Below, one piece after another: positions 51,340 to 60,119 of a DNA stretch of 64,000 nucleotides. Positions within the stretch are counted from its first letter, which is position 1. The number at the start of each line of letters is the position of its first letter. The position numbers were made by a program, and so were the translations under genes. The notes under the pieces are model-generated. The model saw only the letters and a program-made list of their open reading frames with translations. It did no database searches and was not told where the DNA came from. The stretch is from Desulfatiglandales bacterium (lineage in GTDB: Bacteria; Desulfobacterota; DSM-4660; Desulfatiglandales; HGW-15), in assembly GCA_963667015.2 (NCBI GenBank), contig CAXXJJ010000001.1, positions 1,760,001 to 1,824,000 on the forward strand. The letters run 5' to 3'.

Positions 51340-51695
51340 GGCTGAAGGTTTTCACCCTATTAAATGCTGCTTCGCAGCCCGCTTTGCGGATTTAACAGGG
51401 TAAAGGCTGTAGGCTGTTAGGAACACCAATCCTTTTTAACCCTCCGCCTTCGCTGGAAAACCTTCGGCGGGACAGGCTAAAATACACGAAAGTTTTATTT
51501 TAATAAGCACTTCTTTTCTACTTTCCAGGGCTTTTTGAAGTGTCCATAGGTATAAAAAGCTTATTTTTCAATATTGTTATATAAATCAATGAGTTATTGG
51601 CTGTTGATGTGAGATTTACTACCTGTCCCATAAATTTATGGGACAGGCTTATGATTGCTTTTATTTTTCGTGTATTTTGTGTGGTTCGTGGTTAA
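51340..51695. repeat. Composite cluster of nested short palindromic repeats
   Basis: ACCCTATTAAAT...ATTTAACAGGGT; CCGCCTTCGC...GGCGGGACAGG; perfect CCTGTCCCATAAA|TTTATGGGACAGG (51622-51647); TTTCGTG repeat at 51666. Confidence 0.75.
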
Positions 51696-51707
51696 ATCGA
51701 TATTTTT

Positions 51708-52463
51708 TCAATAGGCTAGGGAAGGTTGTAATACCTCTGGTTTACTGTCCCAGGTCCGGCCAAGAAGTAATCTGCCGTTTTGCTTTTTTGGCCTTTTTAC
51801 TCCGTCAGCTCCCCAGCCTCCCCATTGTTTGAAGAAGAATGGAACATTATATTCTTTGCATTGCTGTTTAATATTCCTGGCCCATCCTGCTTTCATTGGT
51901 CTCGCCTTTGATCCTGATTCTCCTCCGACAATAACCCAGTGAATACCTGTCAGATCAATGTCTCCAAGATCTTCCAGCAAAGGTTCAATGGAAAGAAACC
52001 GGACATCGGTTTTTACCTTCCTTAATGAGTCTATCCTTGGCAGGCCATGCTTTCTGTTTTCAACAGTTACTCCCATCCATGCATTTGCCGGAATGTTTAT
52101 ATCCTGCATGATGTCTGTCATCCGTTTGGCTCGTTTTGTTAATATCTGAAAGGTATGCCATGGGGCTTTATCTATCACTTCAAATACCTTTTTGATATAT
52201 GAATCGGGGATGTCTTCATGGAACAGGTCACTCATGGAGTTAACAAAGTATACAGTCGATTTTTTCCTTTGTAATGGTTCCTCCAGTCTATGAGGCTGCA
52301 AGGTAAGTTTAAAGGCATTCTCATATCCCTTCGCGCCCATAGCCTGTAAGCGTTTTGCCATTACCTCTGCATAGCAGTTTTCACAGCCGGGGGATACCTT
52401 TGTACATCCTGTTGCCGGGTTCCATGTATGTTCTGTCCATTCTATTGATGTTTTTGTACTCAT
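51708..52463 (-). CDS. DUF5131 / phage Gp37-Gp68 family three-Cys protein
   Basis: TSIEWT..TWNP.TGCTKVSPGCENCYA, FVNSMSDLFH, LTKR, FLSIEPLL, WVIVGGESG, FFFKQWGG. Confidence 0.92.
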   Translation of the reverse strand: MSTKTSIEWTEHTWNPATGCTKVSPGCENCYAEVMAKRLQAMGAKGYENAFKLTLQPHRLEEPLQRKKSTVYFVNSMSDLFHEDIPDSYIKKVFEVIDKAPWHTFQILTKRAKRMTDIMQDINIPANAWMGVTVENRKHGLPRIDSLRKVKTDVRFLSIEPLLEDLGDIDLTGIHWVIVGGESGSKARPMKAGWARNIKQQCKEYNVPFFFKQWGGWGADGVKRPKKQNGRLLLGRTWDSKPEVLQPSLAY

Positions 52464-52471
52464 GTTTTTTT

Positions 52472-52500
52472 TACCACGAAACACACGAAAGGCACGAAAA
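52472..52500. repeat. CACGAAA-family repeat immediately upstream of DUF5131
   Basis: TACCACGAAACACACGAAAGGCACGAAAA. Confidence 0.85.
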
Positions 52501-52523
52501 TTAAAAGAGTTTAAACCTTTATT

Positions 52524-53240
52524 TTAAATTCCATGTATACCCAATAAATTCTCTCGCAGGTATTGTAAGTCTTCACCCGGCTTTGTGCCTTCAATAAGCC
52601 ATTCCAGCCATTGATCAATAATCAACATTGCTTCATCACTCAGGCAATGTTCAGTAAATTCTACCGAATCATGATGCCTTCCCAAAGGAAGGATATGATC
52701 CAACCTGCAGAGAGAGCCTTTCTTCCCCTCTCCACGGATTGGCAATATATCCCAATGAAAATTCGGGTATTCAGCTTTTTTTATCCTGTTTATAAATTCT
52801 TCACTGAATCCTGCTCTTCGCCCATTCTGCTCTACTCCATAATATGGAACAACCAGAATTGTCGGTGCTGTCTGCCATGATGGTTTTCCTCTTGTTAATT
52901 GTTTTTGTATTTCAGAACCTCCGGATGAAATTATTAGTGCAGGTCTTTTTTTCGCTCTATATGCCAGTATAGTCTCGTCATCATGCAGAGGAAAGGCAGC
53001 AGTCGGTAAAGTTGATATATCTTTTTTGTCTGCAAGTTTTAATTCCTTCATGGTATAGCGGAATTTGGAGTGGTTAGTAGGGTCTTCACCCCTTCCTTCG
53101 GCAATTAAAGTGATAGGTACCTGGTGAACATGGGGTAGGTGGGCTCTTATTAATCTGCCTCTGCGAAAATCTCGTTTTTTATCTTCTATCCACCAGTTGT
53201 TCAGGTAAGCTTGGATTGTGTCATCAGCATAGTTCATCAT
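52524..53240 (-). CDS. Putative PemK/MazF-fold toxin
   Basis: RRGRLIRAHLP, KKRPALIIS, ILVVPYYG, SLCRLDHI pattern; overlaps the upstream Panacea gene. Confidence 0.5.
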   Translation of the reverse strand: MMNYADDTIQAYLNNWWIEDKKRDFRRGRLIRAHLPHVHQVPITLIAEGRGEDPTNHSKFRYTMKELKLADKKDISTLPTAAFPLHDDETILAYRAKKRPALIISSGGSEIQKQLTRGKPSWQTAPTILVVPYYGVEQNGRRAGFSEEFINRIKKAEYPNFHWDILPIRGEGKKGSLCRLDHILPLGRHHDSVEFTEHCLSDEAMLIIDQWLEWLIEGTKPGEDLQYLRENLLGIHGI

Positions 53241-54018
53241 CAGTCCTGAATTTCGATTTCCAAAAATCAGGTGATACGTTAATAATTCCCTTTTCTTCTT
53301 TTATAAAATCACCGCCAAGGCTTTCAGCGCATTCCAGACCTTCATAATAAACATCATCATATCTTGGTTGTGTATACTCTTTTCTTGCTTGTTTTTCTTT
53401 AAGCGATTTTTCGAGCCTTGAAGCCATTTCATTTTTAAGATTTTCAACTGCTTCTTTTTTTAGTCGTTTTCTTTTTACTGATAATTTTTCCGCTTCTTCT
53501 GTTTCCTCTTCTATCCATTCCTGTTTTTCATCTTCAAAATCAAAACAAAGTTCTTCACCCGGAGCAGCACAGATCATTGGCCGTGTCCTGTATATATAAT
53601 GAAGTAATTCTGCAGTGTCCTTTCCATATTGTTTTACTGCCTTTTTTATTATTCCTGAAATTTCCAGTGGAAGGGTATTGTAAACTTCCTCGTATGGATA
53701 ATCATCGGAACAGGAATATCGGAAAAAATCCTTATCATATTGGTGGCTGGTTATCTTTTTGATATTTGCACCGATTGATTCAACAGCGGGCTCAATCCTT
53801 TGGTAGACTTCCTCTGCCCATGGACCGAAATTATAAAAACGCCATGGTGTACCGGTATAGGTTTTTCCACCATGGTGTTCTGCATAGGCCAGATCTGCAA
53901 GATATACATATTTTATGAGATGGATCTGACCAAGCTCCCTGTCCCATGGATCGTCAGCACGGCAGGCTTCCAGAAGGGCAAGTTTTATAATGTTGTCTAT
54001 TCTTTGAATATCAATCAT
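53224..54018 (-). CDS. Panacea (DUF4065/SocA-like) antitoxin domain protein
   Basis: LIKYVYLADL...TG..W.FYNFGPWAEEVY motif; L...Y.T.PM downstream. Confidence 0.7.
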   Translation of the reverse strand: MIDIQRIDNIIKLALLEACRADDPWDRELGQIHLIKYVYLADLAYAEHHGGKTYTGTPWRFYNFGPWAEEVYQRIEPAVESIGANIKKITSHQYDKDFFRYSCSDDYPYEEVYNTLPLEISGIIKKAVKQYGKDTAELLHYIYRTRPMICAAPGEELCFDFEDEKQEWIEEETEEAEKLSVKRKRLKKEAVENLKNEMASRLEKSLKEKQARKEYTQPRYDDVYYEGLECAESLGGDFIKEEKGIINVSPDFWKSKFRTDDELC

Positions 54019-54037
54019 ACGTTGTTAATCGGTATTT

Positions 54038-54118
54038 TTATAGAAATGATAAGTATTTAATAGGGGCTGTATCACACATTATTCGGCTGTGATGCTCTAT
54101 TACCCCCTCTATTCCCAT
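54038..54118 (-). pseudogene. Truncated PIN/VapC toxin N-terminus
   Basis: Hand translation MGIEGVIEHHSRIMCDTAPIKYLSFL*; PIN-like DT motif; overlaps the end of the upstream antitoxin-like ORF. Confidence 0.5.
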
Positions 54119-54327
54119 GATGACCTTTCAGAGTCAACATATTCCTGCGCATCAATATCATCCCAGATTTCTTTTCCAACACCTTTCAGGTTATAAATAT
54201 TTAGTTTGGGTTGACGTTTGTCGGACGTAGATATTTCAGTAATAAGCTTTGTTAAAAGAACTCTTTTATCATTATCTCTGAGTTTTGATATCTGGCGGTA
54301 AATTTTTTCAACAGCTAATTCACTTAT
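54109..54327 (-). pseudogene. VapB-like antitoxin with ATA in place of a start codon
   Basis: GGAGG SD then ATA-SELAVEKIY...LKGVGKEIWDDIDAQEYVDSERSSWE*; not in ORF track. Confidence 0.6.
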
Positions 54328-54379
54328 TCTTTATACCTCCTTGATTTTGAAACTATATAATAAAAAAACACAAGATCAA

Positions 54380-54547
54380 TCAAGGTATTGGTGTGTTCCA
54401 TACAACTTCCAGGCATCTTCTCAAACCATTCAAATTGCTTTTTATCGGTTCTATAATGGGGATAATCTTGCCATCGCTCAAATACTCAACACTTTCCCTT
54501 AGCGTTATCAATTCAAACTGCTTTCCTCTGAAGTATGGATAGTACAT
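54380..54547 (-). pseudogene. Truncated sce7725-family protein
   Basis: MYYPYFRGKQFELITLRE...PIIEP N-terminus, stopping after 55 aa; follows the sce7726-like gene. Confidence 0.75.
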
Positions 54548-54555
54548 AGGCAATC

Positions 54556-55458
54556 CTAGTGAGTAGCTGGATTCAAAAGACATCCGCAAGGTTTATCAAG
54601 TAATGCCAGAAATTGATCCTTTTCTTTTTTATTAAATTTTGTATTAAGGGCAAAAGCTTTAAGAGAGTAAGGGATGGAGCTTATAAAATCTTTTAATGTG
54701 TTATTCCCTCTGGTTTTGAGAGCTTTAACCATTGCGTCATGAGCATCAACAGGACTTAATTCAAGGAATAATGATTTACACTCACTATAAATCTGCGTGT
54801 TGGGTACGTCAGGGATAAATCCAAATTTTTCCTGAATTATTGACGTGTATTCCTTTTTCCTTAGTGAGTCAAATATTACCCCCTGATCTATAAGGTGTTT
54901 TCGTGATGCAGCTTCCCTGACTGTTCTAATGGTATTGCGCGGGGTTAATTCCAAAATACCGATGGAGTCACTTGTAGTTTCTTGAACTTTTGAAATCTGG
55001 TTTGATGAAACAATGATGTTTATTTTATCGAATACTTTTTTATATGCTTCGACCTGTCTTGTTAATCTTTCAAAGGAATCAAGCTCTGTTTTTATCTCAT
55101 ATATATTTGAAGTACCGTTTATTATGACTGCATCTGCTTTACAGTTTGATGCGCGGAATTCTGTAAGCATAAATGACGTATTAAGGGAATGTTTCCCCAG
55201 CAGTATTTTATTAGCTATTGCATTTTTGTATATGTATTCATTCCTGTAAGACTTTGCCAGATAATTATATACAGTATTAAAAAGTTCCTTTAATTTGAGG
55301 TTTTTATCCAGTAAACTGTTGAAACCTGAAACTGATAATATTTCCGGGATATATTTAGGTTTATCACATTTAACTAATTCGGATATGACAGAGTTAGAGA
55401 ATATCCGTGCAAGATGTGGATTATATTTCCGATCTATATTTAAGTTTTTAGAGGCCAT
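54556..55458 (-). CDS. sce7726-family protein (PD-(D/E)XK-like)
   Basis: YRNEYIYKNAIA, TEFR...KADAVIING...YEIKTELDSFERL..Q...Y. Confidence 0.8.
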   Translation of the reverse strand: MASKNLNIDRKYNPHLARIFSNSVISELVKCDKPKYIPEILSVSGFNSLLDKNLKLKELFNTVYNYLAKSYRNEYIYKNAIANKILLGKHSLNTSFMLTEFRASNCKADAVIINGTSNIYEIKTELDSFERLTRQVEAYKKVFDKINIIVSSNQISKVQETTSDSIGILELTPRNTIRTVREAASRKHLIDQGVIFDSLRKKEYTSIIQEKFGFIPDVPNTQIYSECKSLFLELSPVDAHDAMVKALKTRGNNTLKDFISSIPYSLKAFALNTKFNKKEKDQFLALLDKPCGCLLNPATH

Positions 55459-55692
55459 TTTATTCTTTTATAAATACTGTTTTGTTTTCGGTTTACTTTA
55501 TATTATGGAGATCGGATTAATACAAGAGAGTCTTTTATCGTAAACTAATTATAATTTTATCAGGATTTGATTGAATATAAAACTTATAAAAGAGAAATAA
55601 ACAAATGTCAATTGAGCTCAGTTTAAAAAAAATATTTGCTTTTTACTGCAAAAAAACACGCAAGTTTGTAGTGCCTGCTAAAAAGTTTTAGC

Positions 55693-55826
55693 CTGGATCC
55701 CCCTGTTCCGCCTTCGCGAAAACGTTCAAGCTATGGCGGGACAGGCAAGCCGGAGAATGACGGGCAGGTTAGTATACTTAATAATCTATGCCTGAATCCA
55801 TAATCATATTTTCGTGTGTTTCGTAC
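55693..55826. repeat. GTCATT...GGATCCAG element (minus strand) with nested CCGCC/GGCGG element, plus TTTCGTG repeat
   Basis: CTGGATCC...CCGCCTTCGCG...GCTATGGCGGGACAGG...CCGGAGAATGAC; TTTCGTGTGTTTCGTAC at 55810. Confidence 0.65.
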
Positions 55827-55840
55827 TTGATATAAAAAAA

Positions 55841-57082
55841 TCAAATACAGGCTGCCGGAACAACCAAAATTCTTTCGGCAATCATTTCCGTGCGTTCGCT
55901 ATTATTTATTACTATTCCCAGGGGTAAATCATTTTTATAAACAAAATTTTTAATTGCCTGTAACTGGCGCTGTTTAACAGTGCTGCCAAATTTTATTTCT
56001 ATGGGCAATATTCCAAAAGGCCCCTGGAGTACCAGGTCAACTTCAGATCCATTTCTTGTTCTGAAATGATAGTAATGCCAGTTAATCGTATCCGTTGCCT
56101 GTATACCTTTAATAATTTCTTCAGACACAAATGCCTCAAAGGCATTCCCAACATTGGGATGACTTATTAACCGATTCCTGTCTATTATCCCCTGTAAAAA
56201 ATGTGTTAGACCACTGTCTCTTAAATTACCTTTGGGCATTTTCACGATAGACTTGCTGACACTGGATTCAAAACTGGGGATATTTCTCCATATGTAACTG
56301 CCCTCTGCTATTTCAAGATAATCCCTTATTGATTTTTCTGAAACATCAAGAGATCTTCCAACCTGAGACCTGTTGATAATTGTACCTGTCAAAGCAGACA
56401 GCATCGAAATAAAACGCTGATATTTTATCAGGTCCAATCGGGGGAATAATGTTCTGATATCACGCTGTACATATGTTTTGATATAATTATCCATCCAGGC
56501 ATTCCAGAACTTTTCATTCTGTTCAAGCACAGGTTCAGGGTATCCTCCTTTTAAGAAGGCATTCATTACCTGATCATGGCTTATTTCGGGTGTAATATCT
56601 CTTAAAAAATCTATTGTAGAATTGTTAATTTCCTTTTCAAATATTTTATAAAATTCAGGGAGTTTGAGAGAATAAATCTCGTTTGATTTAAATGTACTCA
56701 ACTCAATGATACCCACTCTACCTGCAAGGCTCTCTGAAGCATTTTTTATAAGATCTATTGAACTCGACCCGATGAGTAAAAACCTGCCCCTGGTTTTTCT
56801 GTCTTTATCAATTGTACCGCGTAATTCCTGAAATAAATCAGGGAATCTTTGTGCTTCATCAATAATTAAAGAATTTGGATTTTCCTTAATAAAAAAATCA
56901 AAATCATTTGATATAAGATCATAGTCTCTGCTGCGCTCAAGATCGAGATACCGCCAGTCAGGCCTGAGCATTTTTGCCAGAGTAGTTTTTCCACACTGCC
57001 TGACACCCAGTATGATTACAGCAGGAAAATAACTGAGAAGATCATTTATTTTGGATTGGATATTTCGTTTTAAGTCAGTCAT
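55841..57082 (-). CDS. AAA_14 + DUF4143 ATPase
   Basis: ILGVRQCGKTT, IIDEAQ, GSSS, ESLAGR, GGYP, YVQRD, K.PK, GNAFE, RTRNGSEVD, IEIK. Confidence 0.9.
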   Translation of the reverse strand: MTDLKRNIQSKINDLLSYFPAVIILGVRQCGKTTLAKMLRPDWRYLDLERSRDYDLISNDFDFFIKENPNSLIIDEAQRFPDLFQELRGTIDKDRKTRGRFLLIGSSSIDLIKNASESLAGRVGIIELSTFKSNEIYSLKLPEFYKIFEKEINNSTIDFLRDITPEISHDQVMNAFLKGGYPEPVLEQNEKFWNAWMDNYIKTYVQRDIRTLFPRLDLIKYQRFISMLSALTGTIINRSQVGRSLDVSEKSIRDYLEIAEGSYIWRNIPSFESSVSKSIVKMPKGNLRDSGLTHFLQGIIDRNRLISHPNVGNAFEAFVSEEIIKGIQATDTINWHYYHFRTRNGSEVDLVLQGPFGILPIEIKFGSTVKQRQLQAIKNFVYKNDLPLGIVINNSERTEMIAERILVVPAACI

Positions 57083-57185
57083 ATTCGTATGATACGCACG
57101 AAAATTACTGATGTAAATTATTTTATACTAGGCAACAATGGCCCTTATGCCACACAAGATTTTAATAACTTCAAAAGCTTTTTTT

Positions 57186-57294
57186 CTTTCTCTGTGTACT
57201 CTGTGAGCTCTGCGAGATACTTGTTTTATTTTCGTGTATTTCGTGCGGGTTGCCTGTCATGCCGAAGCTTTTCTGCGAAGGCGGATGGATTAAA
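57186..57294. repeat. CTCTGTG and TTTCGTG 9-mer repeats with nested GCCTGTC...GAAGGCGGA element at the right island boundary
   Basis: TCTCTGTGTACTCTGTGAGCTCTGCG; TTTCGTGTATTTCGTGCGGGTT-GCCTGTCATGCCGAAGC...GCGAAGGCGGA. Confidence 0.75.
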
Positions 57295-57960
57295 TTATTT
57301 TCTTAAAAGTACATATATGGCCCCTGTACCTCCGTCATACGGCTGGGCTGAAGAAAACGCCATTACTATCTTTCTTGCGGGACCCCGATTGAGCCATATG
57401 GGAAGCCTTTCCTTGAGCACGGGTATGCTGTCCGGTGAATTAAGGCCCCTGCCATGTACAATCAGTACGCATCTTAATCCCCTGCTGTGGCTGTTGATCA
57501 GAAATTTTCTGACCACATTCTCTGCATCTTTTTTTGTAAGACCATGGAGGTCAATATGTGCCTGAATCGGAAATTTGCCCTTTTTCAATTTTTTAAGGAT
57601 GTTTTTACTGATTCCGCTGATTGAGCCTTCTATATATTCATCACTGAAGGTGAAATCCATATCTATTGACCCTGCCACAAGGCTGTGAAGATGGGTTATT
57701 ACCTCATCCTCATAATCTGAAAGGGAGTGGGACGGTTTTTTTGTTTTACCGGCAGGCGCTATCTTTTCTCCCTTTTCCGAATTAATGGGGATTACTCCGG
57801 CCATGGCATCATTAAAGATCGCTGCATCATCAGCCTCGGTTTTGTCAGGCTTTTTTTCAAGCTTTTTTATGGGTTCCTTTGACTTTGCTTCCGTGACAAC
57901 CCTTTTAAGGTCCTTAAATGCCGTATTAAATACCTGGCTTTTTTTATTTCTTTTGGGCAT
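57295..57960 (-). CDS. Smr/MutS2-domain protein
   Basis: IDLHGLT, LIVHGRG, DGGTGAIYVLL. Confidence 0.92.
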   Translation of the reverse strand: MPKRNKKSQVFNTAFKDLKRVVTEAKSKEPIKKLEKKPDKTEADDAAIFNDAMAGVIPINSEKGEKIAPAGKTKKPSHSLSDYEDEVITHLHSLVAGSIDMDFTFSDEYIEGSISGISKNILKKLKKGKFPIQAHIDLHGLTKKDAENVVRKFLINSHSRGLRCVLIVHGRGLNSPDSIPVLKERLPIWLNRGPARKIVMAFSSAQPYDGGTGAIYVLLRK

Positions 57961-58167
57961 GGTTTTTCATTCTAATTAACTGGTTAATGCATATATTCTT
58001 ATTTTTAACAAATTTTAGTATCAGATTAAAACACATAATATCAATATTGTTAATCCCGAAAATATCTGGGCAATAAATCATAAATACTTTAAAGACTTGA
58101 TTTTATATCATATATTGAATAAAAAACTGGTTTTAAATATTTTAAAATATATTTTACCCGGAGAGAT

Positions 58168-58806
58168 ATGGCCAGAATAGACGACTTTAAACAGGCAAAG
58201 GCGCTTTCAAAAGAGGAGCTGCTTAATTATGATCCTGAAGTAATAGCAAGGTATTCAGGTGTTGAACTTAAAAAAGAGGGGAATGAATTAAAGGCCCTTT
58301 GTCTTAACTTCCTGAACAGAAATATCATTATTTCATGGCCTGAAATGGATTTTACATATGAAACAGGTGACGGTGAAATACCACTCCAGCAGCAGGCATT
58401 CTTGCTCCATTACCTGAACGGAGCATGTTTAAAAGAGGGTATTAAGCCTGCAGGAGAGTGGGTTTCGTACCAGGATATTCCTGACGGCAGGTTTTATATG
58501 GATGCCTTTATAAAAAGGGCAAAAACTCCGCTGATCCAGACATTCGGCCTTAATGCAAAAAAGATGGTTGATATTGCGTCAAAGGCATATAATGCCGAAA
58601 CACTTGATCTTGGGGATTATTCGGTAAAGGTGAAAGCCCTTCCGCTGGTACCTGTTGCGCTTCTTATCTGGGAAGGAGATGATGAGTTTCCGCCGGATGG
58701 AAACCTTCTATTTGACAAGACTGTATCAGAGATTCTTTCGGCAGAGGATATTGCAACCCTTGCCGGGATTGTTGTTTATCCCATGATCGGGATGGCGTAC
58801 AAATAA
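58168..58806 (+). CDS. DUF3786-family protein
   Basis: LLHYL, WVSYQDIPDG..Y..AF, ALPLVP...WEGDDEFPP...LFD...LSAED. Confidence 0.8.
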   Translation: MARIDDFKQAKALSKEELLNYDPEVIARYSGVELKKEGNELKALCLNFLNRNIIISWPEMDFTYETGDGEIPLQQQAFLLHYLNGACLKEGIKPAGEWVSYQDIPDGRFYMDAFIKRAKTPLIQTFGLNAKKMVDIASKAYNAETLDLGDYSVKVKALPLVPVALLIWEGDDEFPPDGNLLFDKTVSEILSAEDIATLAGIVVYPMIGMAYK

Positions 58807-58809
58807 AAG

Positions 58810-58945
58810 CCAGGCGCAGGGTACAGGGCGCAGGGCTCAAGGTAAAAGACAAAATGCAAAAGGCTTAAGACACAAGGTTCAAGGCTCAGGGCACAGGGGG
58901 AAGATGGTTTTTACCTTGCGCCTTGAGTCCTGAGCCTTGCGCCGG
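58810..58945. repeat. Heptamer-period repeat cluster (same family as 36084)
   Basis: GGCGCAGGGTACAGGGCGCAGGGCTCAAGG...CCTTGCGCCTTGAGTCCTGAGCCTTGCGCC. Confidence 0.75.
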
Positions 58946-58971
58946 ATTTTATTATATTTAAGGAGAACAAT

Positions 58972-59472
58972 ATGACAGAAAATAAACCTCTGGTTGCAGT
59001 AATAATGGGCAGTACATCAGATGTAGATATCATGAGAGGATGTCTTGATCAGCTTAAGGCCTTGAATATTCCATACGAGGTAAAGATAACGTCTGCACAC
59101 AGAACACCTGACCAGACTAAAACCTTTGTTGAAACAGCGGAGGCTCGCGGCATCGAGGTTATCATTGCCGGGGCAGGCTGGTCAGCTCATCTTGCCGGTG
59201 TGGCTGCCGCCCATACATTACTTCCGGTAATCGGTGTGCCCATAGATTCATCATGCCTTCAGGGTATGGATGCATTGCTTTCAACTGTTCAGATGCCTCC
59301 GGGAATCCCCGTTGCTACCGTGGCAATAGGGAAGGGCGGGGCAAAAAACGCATCAATACTTGCTGCCCAGATTCTTGCGCTTAAACATAAGGATATCGCC
59401 GAAACTCTTAAGACTTTCCGTGAAAACCTCACAAAAGAAGCCGAAGAAAAGGGAGCTAATTGGACAGAGTAA
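58972..59472 (+). CDS. purE: N5-CAIR mutase
   Basis: [44 protein letters not shown]. Confidence 0.96.
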   Translation: MTENKPLVAVIMGSTSDVDIMRGCLDQLKALNIPYEVKITSAHRTPDQTKTFVETAEARGIEVIIAGAGWSAHLAGVAAAHTLLPVIGVPIDSSCLQGMDALLSTVQMPPGIPVATVAIGKGGAKNASILAAQILALKHKDIAETLKTFRENLTKEAEEKGANWTE

Positions 59473-60119
59473 CTCCCCCTGAAAATATTTTTGTTATAGA
59501 TTCCGATGAAACTTTAAAGGCCGCAATGGATAAAGCCCGGAAGGTTATGCTTTCTGGCGGTGTTGTGGCCTTTCCTACTGAATCATTCTATGGACTGGCT
59601 GTTGATATAGAAAATGAGCAGGCCATAGAAAAACTCTTCTCGCTAAAACAGAGAGACAGTAACAATCCCATACTCATCCTGCTGCCTGATATAGAGGCCC
59701 TTAAAGAATATGTTGAAGATATTCCTGATCGGGCGGTAACCCTCATAAATAAATTCTGGCCCGGAGGCCTGACCATACTTTTTAAGGCAGGCCAAAAAAT
59801 ATCATCCCTGTTGACTGCAGAAACCGGAAAGGTTGGAGTCAGGATTTCCAGTCATCCGCTGGCAACGGACCTGGCCAGGTCAATCGGGCGTCCTGTTACA
59901 GGGACCAGTTCAAATATTTCCGGTCATCCTCCCTGCACCAGGGCAGAAGAAGTGTTCGATTGTTTTGGTGAAACTATTGATTTGATCCTTGATAACGGCC
60001 CTACACTGGGCGGACCTGGCAGTACAATACTTGATGTAACATTTGATCCCTGTGTTGTTTTGCGGGAAGGGATGGTCCTGGCAGAGGATATTGGAAAAAT
60101 CTGTCGAATAAAAACCTGA
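59460..60119 (+). CDS. tsaC: L-threonylcarbamoyladenylate synthase (Sua5/YrdC)
   Basis: [35 protein letters not shown]. Confidence 0.92.
   Translation: MDRVTPPENIFVIDSDETLKAAMDKARKVMLSGGVVAFPTESFYGLAVDIENEQAIEKLFSLKQRDSNNPILILLPDIEALKEYVEDIPDRAVTLINKFWPGGLTILFKAGQKISSLLTAETGKVGVRISSHPLATDLARSIGRPVTGTSSNISGHPPCTRAEEVFDCFGETIDLILDNGPTLGGPGSTILDVTFDPCVVLREGMVLAEDIGKICRIKT

Noticed and set aside
44226..57294. CRISPR array interpretation of the TTTCGTG repeats
   Set aside because: Repeats are degenerate 9-mers in both orientations with irregular gene-sized spacing; no constant-length spacers and no cas genes
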